This document shows positions 47,573-55,770 of a stretch of 64,000 bases of DNA, in pieces. Source of the DNA: an uncultured delta proteobacterium (GTDB taxonomy: Bacteria; Desulfobacterota; Syntrophorhabdia; Syntrophorhabdales; WCHB1-27); the NCBI GenBank assembly GCA_963810935.1, contig CAWEPK010000012.1:32001-96000 (forward strand), given 5' to 3'. How positions within the stretch are numbered: the first letter of the stretch is position 1; every line of letters begins with the position of its first letter. A program made the position numbers and the translations under genes. The notes beneath the pieces are model-generated. The model had not been told where the DNA came from. It was given only the letters and a program-made list of their open reading frames with translations, and ran no database searches.

Positions 47573-48877
47573 TTACAAGGCCTCCTTCGTTATCTTCAAC
47601 GCCTTGATCGCCTCTTCTATCGGGATGAAGTAGTTCAGGCCCAGCGTGTAAGGGCCGAAAGTTATGCCGGAGACGCACATCCCGACGACGCCCTTATCGA
47701 GGGAGACGAGCGGCCCCCCGCTGTTGCCCGGGTGGATGCTCACGTCGCTCTGCACGTATTTTATCTCGTTTCTCACGCGGAAGCTGCTGATGATGCCTTT
47801 CGTCACGGTCTGGAACAGGTCTTCCGAAAGGGGCGTGCCGATGCAAAAGACCTCGTCGCCTATATTGACCGAGGCGGTGTTTCCCAGGGGCAGGTAAGGA
47901 TAAATGTCCTTCTCCAGCCTTATCAGCGCAACGTCGCGCACCTTGCTGACGCGCACCACCTGGCCCGCCACTTCCTTGCCCGTGACGAACTTCACGTTGA
48001 CGAAGCTTGCGCCGCCGACAACGTGCTCGTCGGTCAGCACATAGCCGTCGGGCGATATCACGAACCCCGAGCCGTGCCCGGAGCCGGAAAAGACCGTCAC
48101 GACCGCGCTGCGCATCTCCCCGAGGGCGCCTTCACGCACCATGCCGCCCTTCCCCGTCGTCTCGGCGGCCGTCTTGAACCGCACCTTCAGCTCGGTTTTA
48201 TCTTCTTTGACTTGCTTCACCGGGACGCTGCTGTCGAGGGCCACCGTCCGGTAGAGCCGTACGTCCGCCAGCAGGTTCTGCACTGCCGCTCCGAATGCCC
48301 GAAGCAGCAGCTCCTGGTAGGTGTCACGCCTGCCGGTGTCTCCCGACGAGCCTTCGGTCGTAATCTTCAGCACTACGTCGCGTGCCTTCTTGCTGTACAG
48401 CTCCCATTCGACCTGCATGTAAATGCCGCCCTTCGCAGTCACCCAATCGTCCGACGCGGCACGTGGAAAGCATACGTTAGCGCCCACGTCCCTGATCCTC
48501 CCGGCTATCAGGAACTCCGCCTTCTCCGCCGACCGGTCCTCGAAAAGCGCGTCCGGGTCGCCCACGAGCGTGTAGCCCGCCGCCTGCATGCGCTGCCGCA
48601 GCATCTCGCCCAGCTCCGCGTCCGGCACTATCGCCTTTTCACTCTTCCAGCAGAGCGGTCCCTTATACGAGCATAGCGAACCCGTCCGCATCTCGCCTAT
48701 CATCTTGCCCCTCGGCACGAGGGAGATAACCTTCTTGAACATGATCGGCTTCGTCCCCCCGCCCGGCTCGACCGAGGGCCTGCCGGCCACTTGCCTTATG
48801 GCAGGAATCGAGCCGGAGCAGCCCACAAGCCCTACCAGAAAAAAGACGATCGATGCCCAAAAGACCTTTCTCTTCAT
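47573..48877 (-). CDS. Trypsin-like (S1C) serine protease lipoprotein without PDZ domain
   Basis: Lipobox LVGC; GSGFVIS..GYVLTDEHVV, DVAL, IGTPL, HPGNSGGPL. Confidence 0.9.
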   Translation of the reverse strand: MKRKVFWASIVFFLVGLVGCSGSIPAIRQVAGRPSVEPGGGTKPIMFKKVISLVPRGKMIGEMRTGSLCSYKGPLCWKSEKAIVPDAELGEMLRQRMQAAGYTLVGDPDALFEDRSAEKAEFLIAGRIRDVGANVCFPRAASDDWVTAKGGIYMQVEWELYSKKARDVVLKITTEGSSGDTGRRDTYQELLLRAFGAAVQNLLADVRLYRTVALDSSVPVKQVKEDKTELKVRFKTAAETTGKGGMVREGALGEMRSAVVTVFSGSGHGSGFVISPDGYVLTDEHVVGGASFVNVKFVTGKEVAGQVVRVSKVRDVALIRLEKDIYPYLPLGNTASVNIGDEVFCIGTPLSEDLFQTVTKGIISSFRVRNEIKYVQSDVSIHPGNSGGPLVSLDKGVVGMCVSGITFGPYTLGLNYFIPIEEAIKALKITKEAL

Positions 48878-48960
48878 ACTGCCTCCCTAAAAGCAAAAGC
48901 GCGCACAAGTATACCAAAATATGGAATAAAATCAAAACTGGGGTGGGAGGAGAAGCGCAA

Positions 48961-48999
48961 TTTTCCATACGGCCTTCTCTTTCAAGGCCGTATGGAAAA
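48961..48999. repeat. Perfect 16-bp inverted repeat (hairpin)
   Basis: TTTTCCATACGGCCTT-ctctttc-AAGGCCGTATGGAAAA, about 30 nt downstream of the response regulator stop. Confidence 0.85.
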
Positions 49000-49030
49000 G
49001 CGGGATTTTTCTTACGGGTGGTTTTTCGTC

Positions 49031-49507
49031 TTAATAGTAGCCGAACCCCGATTTCTTTTTCCAATCGGAATCGAACTGGCTGTCGAAATAGGACTCCAGT
49101 TTCACTAGCAGGTGCTTCCATCCCTCTTTGCGCTCGTATTTCAGCACGTCTTCCAGGAACGGGACGATCTCGCCCAGCTTGTCCTTCGGCAGGTATGCAT
49201 TCGCGCCGAGGTCGTGGGATTTCTTGAGGGCTTCGGGGGTCAGGGCGTGGGCGGTCAGCATGGCGACCCTGAAATGCCTGCTCACTGCGATTTCCAGCAG
49301 GTCGAAGCCGCGTACGCCCATGATGTCGAGGACGACTATATCGTACTGGTTCTTGCGCAGGAGCTCGGCCGCGGCATCGTAAGTCGTAGCCTTGTCGAAC
49401 CTGCAGCCGGTGCACGCCTGACGGACTTCATCTTCAAGGACGGCGAGGACGTCCGGCTCGTCGTCTACTGCCAGCATTACCCTGTTGTCTAAAACGGAAT
49501 TCGCCAT
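49031..49507 (-). CDS. Single-domain response regulator
   Basis: AVDDE, VLDIMG (phospho-Asp), MLTA, YLPK; no output domain. Confidence 0.9.
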   Translation of the reverse strand: MANSVLDNRVMLAVDDEPDVLAVLEDEVRQACTGCRFDKATTYDAAAELLRKNQYDIVVLDIMGVRGFDLLEIAVSRHFRVAMLTAHALTPEALKKSHDLGANAYLPKDKLGEIVPFLEDVLKYERKEGWKHLLVKLESYFDSQFDSDWKKKSGFGYY

Positions 49508-49520
49508 ATTATCTCCTTTT

Positions 49521-50276
49521 TCAACACGCTAACGGGGGTATTTTTACGGTGAAGGTGGTGCCGCAGCCGCTGCCGCTTCTTACCGCGATCTCCCCCTGCA
49601 TGGTCTCGAGCAGCGCCTTGACGCAGAACAGACCCAGACCTAAACCCTGATGCTGCTGCGCCTGCCAGTCATCATGCTTCAACTGCATAAACCGCTTGTA
49701 GACTATCTCCTGCTCTCCTTCGGATATGCCGCACCCGTCATCGGTGACGAGGATTACCAGATCGCTGTCTCCGTTTATCGCCACGTCCATCCTGTTCTTA
49801 CGGAATTTCATCGCGTTGCTCATCAGGTTTTGCAATATTAGCTGCACCTTCCTCCTGTCGTGGCGGAAAGGCGACGTCGCATACTTCCCGCTCACTTCGA
49901 TGGAGATGCCATTCTCACCCAGAAAGCTCCTGATCTGTTCCCCGTCTTCCAGTTTCTCGAGCTTCTCGCCGGCTCCGGCAAGGGCTATGTCTATGACATC
50001 GACAAGCGCGTCTCTCGCCACGCGCTCCGGATAAAACTGGTCGGAGTGGAAGAGCTGCTCCTCCGAGCGGGCCACGTCTACGATTTCCTTCAGGACACGC
50101 TGCGCCTTCCTGGCGTTGCGCGCAATACGCTCGATGCAGGACTTCTGCGAATCCGACAGGCACGTGCAGTTTTCCCGGCGCAGCAGGCCGTCCGCCGTCG
50201 CGGCGACGACAGACAGAGGACCTGTCAGATCGTGCACGAACAGATCGTACAAAAAATCTTTAGGCCCCATTCCCAT
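49521..50276 (-). CDS. Histidine kinase core without a sensor domain
   Basis: H-box VHDLTGPL at residue ~15, NLMSNAMKF, DDGCGI, F, GLGLGL, GTTF. Confidence 0.88.
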   Translation of the reverse strand: MGMGPKDFLYDLFVHDLTGPLSVVAATADGLLRRENCTCLSDSQKSCIERIARNARKAQRVLKEIVDVARSEEQLFHSDQFYPERVARDALVDVIDIALAGAGEKLEKLEDGEQIRSFLGENGISIEVSGKYATSPFRHDRRKVQLILQNLMSNAMKFRKNRMDVAINGDSDLVILVTDDGCGISEGEQEIVYKRFMQLKHDDWQAQQHQGLGLGLFCVKALLETMQGEIAVRSGSGCGTTFTVKIPPLAC

Positions 50277-50517
50277 AGAACTCCTTTTGTAATATAGAAA
50301 AATAATGATCGGGCGTCAAGCATAATAGTACCCATCACAAACAACGATTCGTTATGTTGACCTTGCTATTGATAATGTCGGTGCTTACAATTATTTAAAT
50401 AGAATATGCGCGGTTACCAATTTATCCGGGACTGAACGATGCCCTGAAACACGCGAGACCGAGCCCGCATGATCGGCAAAAAAACAACCAAAAGGAATAA
50501 AACAGGGGGACACTAGT

Positions 50518-50793
50518 ATGGACGGCGTTAAATTGTATGTCGGGAATCTGAGCTATGCAGTGACGAACGAGCAGCTTAAGGAGCTCTTCACCCAGTACGG
50601 GGAGGTCAACCAGGCCAATGTCATCGAGGGCAAAGGGTTTGGCTTCGTCGAGATGGCCACTTCCGAGGGCGCTGAAAAAGCAAAGACGGAGCTGAACGGC
50701 ACCGACTTCAAAGGCAGGGCCTTGAGGATCGAGGAAGCCAGGCCGCAGAAGCCCAGGCAGCAAAGCAGCAGGGGCTACGGCGGCAAGTACTAG
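50518..50793 (+). CDS. RRM (RNP-1) RNA-binding protein
   Basis: RNP2 LYVGNL, RNP1 KGFGFVEM, LNG..F.GR.LRIEEARP. Confidence 0.93.
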   Translation: MDGVKLYVGNLSYAVTNEQLKELFTQYGEVNQANVIEGKGFGFVEMATSEGAEKAKTELNGTDFKGRALRIEEARPQKPRQQSSRGYGGKY

Positions 50794-50852
50794 GCCGCGA
50801 AAGGGCGCCGCACCCGGCCGCGCATCGCGCGTGCCGGCCGGGCACGCCTGCA

Positions 50853-51773
50853 TTACGACAGGTGGGCGCTGCTGAAGACGGGCGCAGGGGCTGCGACGCG
50901 ACCGGCGCTTTCCAGCGTATCCCTCGTCTCCATGAGGGGGAGATAGACCGAGAGAGTCGTGCCGAGCCCAGGCTCGCTGGTTACGTTAATCGAGCCGCTG
51001 TGCTGCTTGATTATCCCGTGCGCTACGGACAGACCGAGCCCCGCTGACGTAGCCGGGTCCTTGGTCGTGAAGAAAGGGTCGAATATCCGCCGTCTCACCT
51101 CATCGCTCATCCCCAAGCCTGTATCGGTAAAGGAGATCACGGCGCACTTCCACTCGCCCGCTCCGTTATCCGCGGGCGCCCCGCCGACGCGCAGCTCCTT
51201 CGTCTCGACCGTAAGCGTCCCTCCTGCGGCCATTGCGTCGCGCGCGTTCGCCGCGACGTTCATCACCACCTGCTCCAGTTGAACGGGGTCCGCAAAGACC
51301 TGGAGCCGCCTGCCGCTCAGCCGCGTCCGGAAATCGATTCCTTCCCCTACGACGCGGGCGACCAGCCTGCCCGCCCTCCTTATCACGTCGTTGACGTCCG
51401 TACGCTTCGGACGGGCCACCTGCTTCCTCGCGAAAGCGAGAAGGCCCCTCGTCAGGGTGGCTACCTTTTCCGAGGAGGCAAGTATGCGCTGCACGTACGA
51501 TCTCATCGGGTCTTTCTCGTCGAGCTCCTGGTTCATGTAGCCGCCGTAACCCATAACCAGGGCGAGCACGCGGCCGTAATCCTGGGCGATCCCGTCCGCT
51601 AACTGGCCTGCCGCCTCCATCGTGCGCAGATGATCCGGCAGCCCCGCGTCCTCTCCGGTCGCCTGCCCCTTCGGCCTCCCGTCCGGCCTGTGCCCGTTCC
51701 CTGCAATGACCCGGCAGTACGCGTCTGCCAGCGCCTTCCTCAAGCGGTCGCCTTCCCTTTCGCAGTTCTTCAT
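50853..51773 (-). CDS. Histidine kinase-like ATPase with degenerate H-box (pseudokinase)
   Basis: GQLADGIAQDYGRVL in place of GRLAGGIAHDFNNLL; N-box NARDAM, DTG.GM, IFDPFFTTK and GLGL retained; GGAGG RBS before ATG 51773. Confidence 0.82.
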   Translation of the reverse strand: MKNCEREGDRLRKALADAYCRVIAGNGHRPDGRPKGQATGEDAGLPDHLRTMEAAGQLADGIAQDYGRVLALVMGYGGYMNQELDEKDPMRSYVQRILASSEKVATLTRGLLAFARKQVARPKRTDVNDVIRRAGRLVARVVGEGIDFRTRLSGRRLQVFADPVQLEQVVMNVAANARDAMAAGGTLTVETKELRVGGAPADNGAGEWKCAVISFTDTGLGMSDEVRRRIFDPFFTTKDPATSAGLGLSVAHGIIKQHSGSINVTSEPGLGTTLSVYLPLMETRDTLESAGRVAAPAPVFSSAHLS

Positions 51774-51938
51774 TAAAACCTCCAAAAAAAACTCTTCCCG
51801 TGCTCCAAGCGTGCTTTTTACCGTCTTCGCAAGGCGCCCGGCCGGCCGGCCTTTTCGGGCCTCTTCCGTCGCGGACCACCCCGTCCTGTCCGCCGGAGGA
51901 GTTCCTGCGGACTTTAATCGCGTGCTCCGGTTGTCTCT

Positions 51939-52430
51939 TTAGTCCCTGCCCTCTTGTGACGCGAGCTTCTTGTAGTGCGGTTGCGGTCCAATCGCAGCGG
52001 GGCCGGCATGCGTCCGGCCGCCGCCGGACTCCCCTATTTTCCTTTGGTAATAGAACCCGCCGATCATCTTGCCCAGCACAGCCGTAACCTCTCTGAAATC
52101 GCTGTCGGTATAACTGAGGAAACGCGGTCTCAGGCTGTGGCCGATGGCGACCGTCGGATCTTCTCTATCGGGGAGGACCAGTATGAAGCGAACATCGTAC
52201 AGCAGGTGACTGATGGAAAGTATCGTGAGAAGATCGTTATCGCTCGCTGCAAGGATGACGGCGATCGGGATGTCGTCCATCGGTTTCCGCAGCCTGTCCG
52301 AAAAATTTTCCAGGCTTGTATAGACCTCCAGCTTCTCTTCAGGCACCAGATCGCGGATGACCGTTTGGAGCCGTTCGCCCGCTTCGCCGGTAGAATATAA
52401 AAGCACCGTCATCGTCCTTCTCTTCTCCAT
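51939..52430 (-). CDS. Hypothetical protein, alpha/beta receiver-like pattern without the acidic pocket
   Basis: Alternating beta/alpha pattern (VLLY, LEVY, IAVILA, FILVLPD, RPRFLS); GAGG RBS upstream; fold assignment is an inference. Confidence 0.65.
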   Translation of the reverse strand: MEKRRTMTVLLYSTGEAGERLQTVIRDLVPEEKLEVYTSLENFSDRLRKPMDDIPIAVILAASDNDLLTILSISHLLYDVRFILVLPDREDPTVAIGHSLRPRFLSYTDSDFREVTAVLGKMIGGFYYQRKIGESGGGRTHAGPAAIGPQPHYKKLASQEGRD

Positions 52431-52452
52431 GCGTGCCTCTACCCCCTGCATG

Positions 52453-52468
52453 TTCAAGAAGTGTGCCA
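52453..52468 (-). promoter_or_regulatory. Probable sigma54 promoter (variant -12)
   Basis: Minus strand TGGCACACTTCTTGAA: perfect -24 TGGCAC, with TTGA instead of TTGC at the correct spacing. Confidence 0.55.
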
Positions 52469-52576
52469 AAAAAGTCGATTTTCGCCGGATGCCCTATTGA
52501 CGCCCGTTGCGCGGGAAGCGGCTCCCTCCGGACTGCGTGCGCTTCCAAAGCGGCGTCCTGTTTATGAAACAGTCCT

Positions 52577-52633
52577 GTCTTGCGCTGCAAGACGATGTCT
52601 CATCGCAGGAGACTGCGTCTCGCACAGGGAGAC
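52577..52633. repeat. Three phased 17-bp palindromes GTCTY-N7-RAGAC, period 20 bp
   Basis: GTCTTGCGCTGCAAGAC (52577), GTCTCATCGCAGGAGAC (52597), GTCTCGCACAGGGAGAC (52617). Confidence 0.85.
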
Positions 52634-52648
52634 ACAAACTGGATAAAT

Positions 52649-52864
52649 TTACGAAAACAGAAAGGGTTCTTCGTCGCCGATGCCAAGGGCCTCCAACATC
52701 GCCCTGACGCACGCCATGTGGGCGGGGCCGGGCATCGTCACCCCTCCGGGCGGAGGGTTGCCAAGGAGCGTGACGGCCGAATCGAAGATCGATATGCTCG
52801 TACAGAGGATACGGTAAATGCCGGGGTCCGGAAACGGCTCAGCGTCTTTTTGCACTTGCTTCAT
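52649..52864 (-). CDS. Possible small hypothetical protein (71 aa)
   Basis: GGGGAG RBS before ATG 52864; MKQVQKDAEPFPDPGIYRILC...; no family recognised. Confidence 0.35.
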   Translation of the reverse strand: MKQVQKDAEPFPDPGIYRILCTSISIFDSAVTLLGNPPPGGVTMPGPAHMACVRAMLEALGIGDEEPFLFS

Positions 52865-53162
52865 ATGTACTCCCCGCGACGCACGCTGTTGTGGACAGAT
52901 ACTAAGTAATTTCCTTAAACATAGTGCCCGCGACCTCCAAAAGCAAGGAAGCCGGAGAAAAACGAGCGCACGTGCGAGTCCGGCCCCAAAAAACATCAGT
53001 TTAGCCTTTTTGCTCCCTATCGCTTCCTGCTGACAACCGGCCCAATTCCCGCGCCAGTCGCCATAATTGGGCCCATAGAGCCATCTTGCTTCTTGACTAG
53101 CCCCCCGAGCAGCGGCTATATTGTGCCCGGCCGTAACCTGGCGGCGCAACAGGAGAAACATC

Positions 53163-54500
53163 ATGAGAACCGCTCATATAACAGGCATACCGGGCAGGTG
53201 GGAATCCCAGCCGCGCCCCGGCCTGCTGCCTTCGATTAAAGACCGCGTCGACAAAATGATGGCGGGCCCGGAGGACGAAGCCGACGCAGGCACGCCTGCC
53301 CGCACGTCCCGTAAGCTCCTCTGGATCGAGGGCCTTCTTTCCAATGCGTCGGAGTCCTTCGTGACCAACTTCCTGGCGCCCTTCGCCCTTACTTTCGGCG
53401 CGACGAACGCCCAGATAGGCTCGCTCGCCTCCGCCACCAACGTGGCCTCCGCTTTCGGCCTGCTTCCGGGTGCAAGGCTGGAAGAACAATTCGGCTGCCG
53501 GAAGCGCATCTTCATGATCTCTACGGGCGTCCTCGGCAGGCTCTTTCTCTTCGCGCTGGTCTTAATGCCTTTTTTCTTCCATATGTCGATGATGTTCTAC
53601 GGCCTGATGGCGGTCGTCGCTTTCAGGGGTTTCCTGAACCAGCTAGGTTATCCCGCCTGGTCAACCCTCGTGACAGACATCGTGCCCGAGCGGATAAGGG
53701 GCAGGTACTTCGGCTCCCGCAATATGGCGGTTGGCCTGGCCGGGCTCCTCTGCGCCCCGCTGGCCGGTTATCTCATAAAGGCGACCGGGGCCGCCGGATA
53801 CCGGGTAAGCTTCCTCATATCGGCAGCGACGGGCTTTGCGGCAACGGCAGTCTTCGCCTTCATAAAAGAGCCGAAAAAGGCCCGCCTGTGCGAAAAAACG
53901 CGGAAACCGGCGCTGGGCCTCGTCTCCATTTTCAAGGAGCACCCGCAGTTTGCCGCCTTTACCGCCATAGGCTTCATCCTCCATCTCTCGCTCCAGGTGT
54001 CCGGCCCCTTCAACGCCGTTTACCAGATACAGGTCCTGGGGGCAAATACGGCCCACATAGGCATCCTGGGCTCGATAGGCGCGCTGACCGGCATGATCGG
54101 CCAGAAGATATGGGGGGCGCAGAACGACCGGAAGAGCGACGTCTGGGTCCTCCGGATCACGCATTTCCTGATCCCCGGCACCTCCCTGGCATGGGCCTTA
54201 ACGCCTAGCTGGTCATACCTGCCCGCAGTGGAGGCAATCAGCGGGTTCGCCTGGGCCGGCTACTGGCTTTCGAATTTCAACCTCCTCCTCCGCATGGCGC
54301 CCGACGAGCACCGCTCGCGCTTCGTGGCCGTCTACCAGTCGGCAGTGGCCGTGGCATCTTTCATGGGGCCGGTGCTAGGTGGTATACTTGTCGGTATGAT
54401 AACGTTGAGGGGACTGTACTGGATCTCGGCGGTCGGCCGTCTCGTCGTTTCGATCCTCTTTGCCCTCCTCATAAAGAATGACAGGGCGGTGGCGCGATGA
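53163..54500 (+). CDS. MFS transporter
   Basis: About 12 hydrophobic segments, D.VP..IRGRYFG.RN, P...RSRF.A.Y; AGGAG RBS before ATG 53163. Confidence 0.88.
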   Translation: MRTAHITGIPGRWESQPRPGLLPSIKDRVDKMMAGPEDEADAGTPARTSRKLLWIEGLLSNASESFVTNFLAPFALTFGATNAQIGSLASATNVASAFGLLPGARLEEQFGCRKRIFMISTGVLGRLFLFALVLMPFFFHMSMMFYGLMAVVAFRGFLNQLGYPAWSTLVTDIVPERIRGRYFGSRNMAVGLAGLLCAPLAGYLIKATGAAGYRVSFLISAATGFAATAVFAFIKEPKKARLCEKTRKPALGLVSIFKEHPQFAAFTAIGFILHLSLQVSGPFNAVYQIQVLGANTAHIGILGSIGALTGMIGQKIWGAQNDRKSDVWVLRITHFLIPGTSLAWALTPSWSYLPAVEAISGFAWAGYWLSNFNLLLRMAPDEHRSRFVAVYQSAVAVASFMGPVLGGILVGMITLRGLYWISAVGRLVVSILFALLIKNDRAVAR

Positions 54501-55021
54501 CAAAGGGCAGGCACGTGGAAAAGCGCTTATTATCGGGCATGCGGGGGCTGCTCGTTGCAGGGCTGCTCGTTGCAGGGCTGCTCGTTGCAGGGCTGCTCGT
54601 CCTGTATTCTACGCCCCTGCTCGCTGCCGGGCCGCTGCCCAGGCAGCGGATCACGTTTGCCCAGTCCGACTTTTTCATCCTTGCGGAGAGGGCCGATACA
54701 TACACGTCCAGGTCCAGGGGCCTCATGTACCGGAAATCCCTGGGCGATGCCGAGGCTATGCTGTTCTGCTTCGAGAGTTCCTCCCGGCAGACCTTCTGGA
54801 TGTACCATACCCTCATACCGCTCACCGTCATTTTCCTCGACGATACGCTCAAGATCGTTGATATGCAGCACATGGAGCCGTGCCGCTCGAACGATGAAGC
54901 CGCCTGCCCCGTTTACACGTCGTCGGCCCCCGCCCGCTATGCCATCGAGGTCAACCAGGATTTCGCCGGCAAGCACCGCATAAAGATCGGCGACCGGGTC
55001 GAGCTGGGAGAAATTAGGTAA
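54497..55021 (+). CDS. DUF192 domain protein
   Basis: E.ADT...R.RGLMYR..L....MLF.F......FWM..T.IPL..IFLD, C..Y......YAIEVN, I..GD.V. Confidence 0.9.
   Translation: MTKGRHVEKRLLSGMRGLLVAGLLVAGLLVAGLLVLYSTPLLAAGPLPRQRITFAQSDFFILAERADTYTSRSRGLMYRKSLGDAEAMLFCFESSSRQTFWMYHTLIPLTVIFLDDTLKIVDMQHMEPCRSNDEAACPVYTSSAPARYAIEVNQDFAGKHRIKIGDRVELGEIR
54545..54600 (+). repeat. 15-bp tandem repeat (GGGCTGCTCGTTGCA) x3.7
   Basis: Exact copies at 54545, 54560, 54575 and a partial copy at 54590; encodes (GLLVA)n in the hydrophobic N-terminus. Confidence 0.95.
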
Positions 55022-55044
55022 CAAAAAGTCAGGACCGTGGTATA

Positions 55045-55770
55045 ATGAATAAAAGGCAAAATACGGGGGCCAAAGACCCGGCAGGAGACCGCGAGAACGG
55101 AGGGCTAAAGCCTTTGACAAGGGTCATCTCGGAAGCGGGAATTCCTCGCCCTCGTTGCGGCGCTGCGGCGGGCTTCACCCTGGTGGAGGTCATCCTGGCC
55201 GTCGCCCTGTCGGCGCTCCTCCTGACTATCCTCTATACTACGTATTTCTCGATAAACCGGTCGATATCGGCGGCTACGGAGAGCAGGGACGCCCTGGATA
55301 CGGGAAGGGCCCTGACGGAGCTTTTAAAACGGGACATACGGGCCATGAACACTATCAGCTACCCGTTCGTAGCAAAAAATATAGAGATAGACGGCCGCCA
55401 GTACTGCGACCTGGAATTCGTCACAAACGCCATGTCGCACGCGGAACCGCTCAAGCTCAGGAGGGTCGAGTACAGTATGGTCCTTGCCGACAGGCAAAAG
55501 GTGTTGGTGCGCAAGGAATCGACGGACCTCGTCGATTTCCTCGACAGGCCGCCCGCAGACAACCCGCCGAGGATACTGGAAGTATCGCGCATCATTACGG
55601 GCTTTGCCGCCGAGTTCTACAACGGCACGCAATGGATGCCGACGTGGGATTCGGGCGTAGGCGGGACGCTCCCCAAGCAGGTAAGGATCATTATCGACGT
55701 CGCTGACACTAAGGGGACCAGCAGGCGGTTCGTGGCGGAGGAGGCAATCCAGAGTGCAGCAGCGCAATAA
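55045..55770 (+). CDS. gspJ: Type II secretion minor pseudopilin GspJ-like
   Basis: Prepilin cleavage motif G|FTLVEVILAVAL, LKRDIR, FYNGTQW...WDS....LP.QV.I; upstream of gspK. Confidence 0.8.
   Translation: MNKRQNTGAKDPAGDRENGGLKPLTRVISEAGIPRPRCGAAAGFTLVEVILAVALSALLLTILYTTYFSINRSISAATESRDALDTGRALTELLKRDIRAMNTISYPFVAKNIEIDGRQYCDLEFVTNAMSHAEPLKLRRVEYSMVLADRQKVLVRKESTDLVDFLDRPPADNPPRILEVSRIITGFAAEFYNGTQWMPTWDSGVGGTLPKQVRIIIDVADTKGTSRRFVAEEAIQSAAAQ

Noticed and set aside
52577..52633. Palindrome array as a mini-CRISPR
   Set aside because: Units are 17 bp separated by 3 nt; there are no spacer-length unique sequences and no cas genes.
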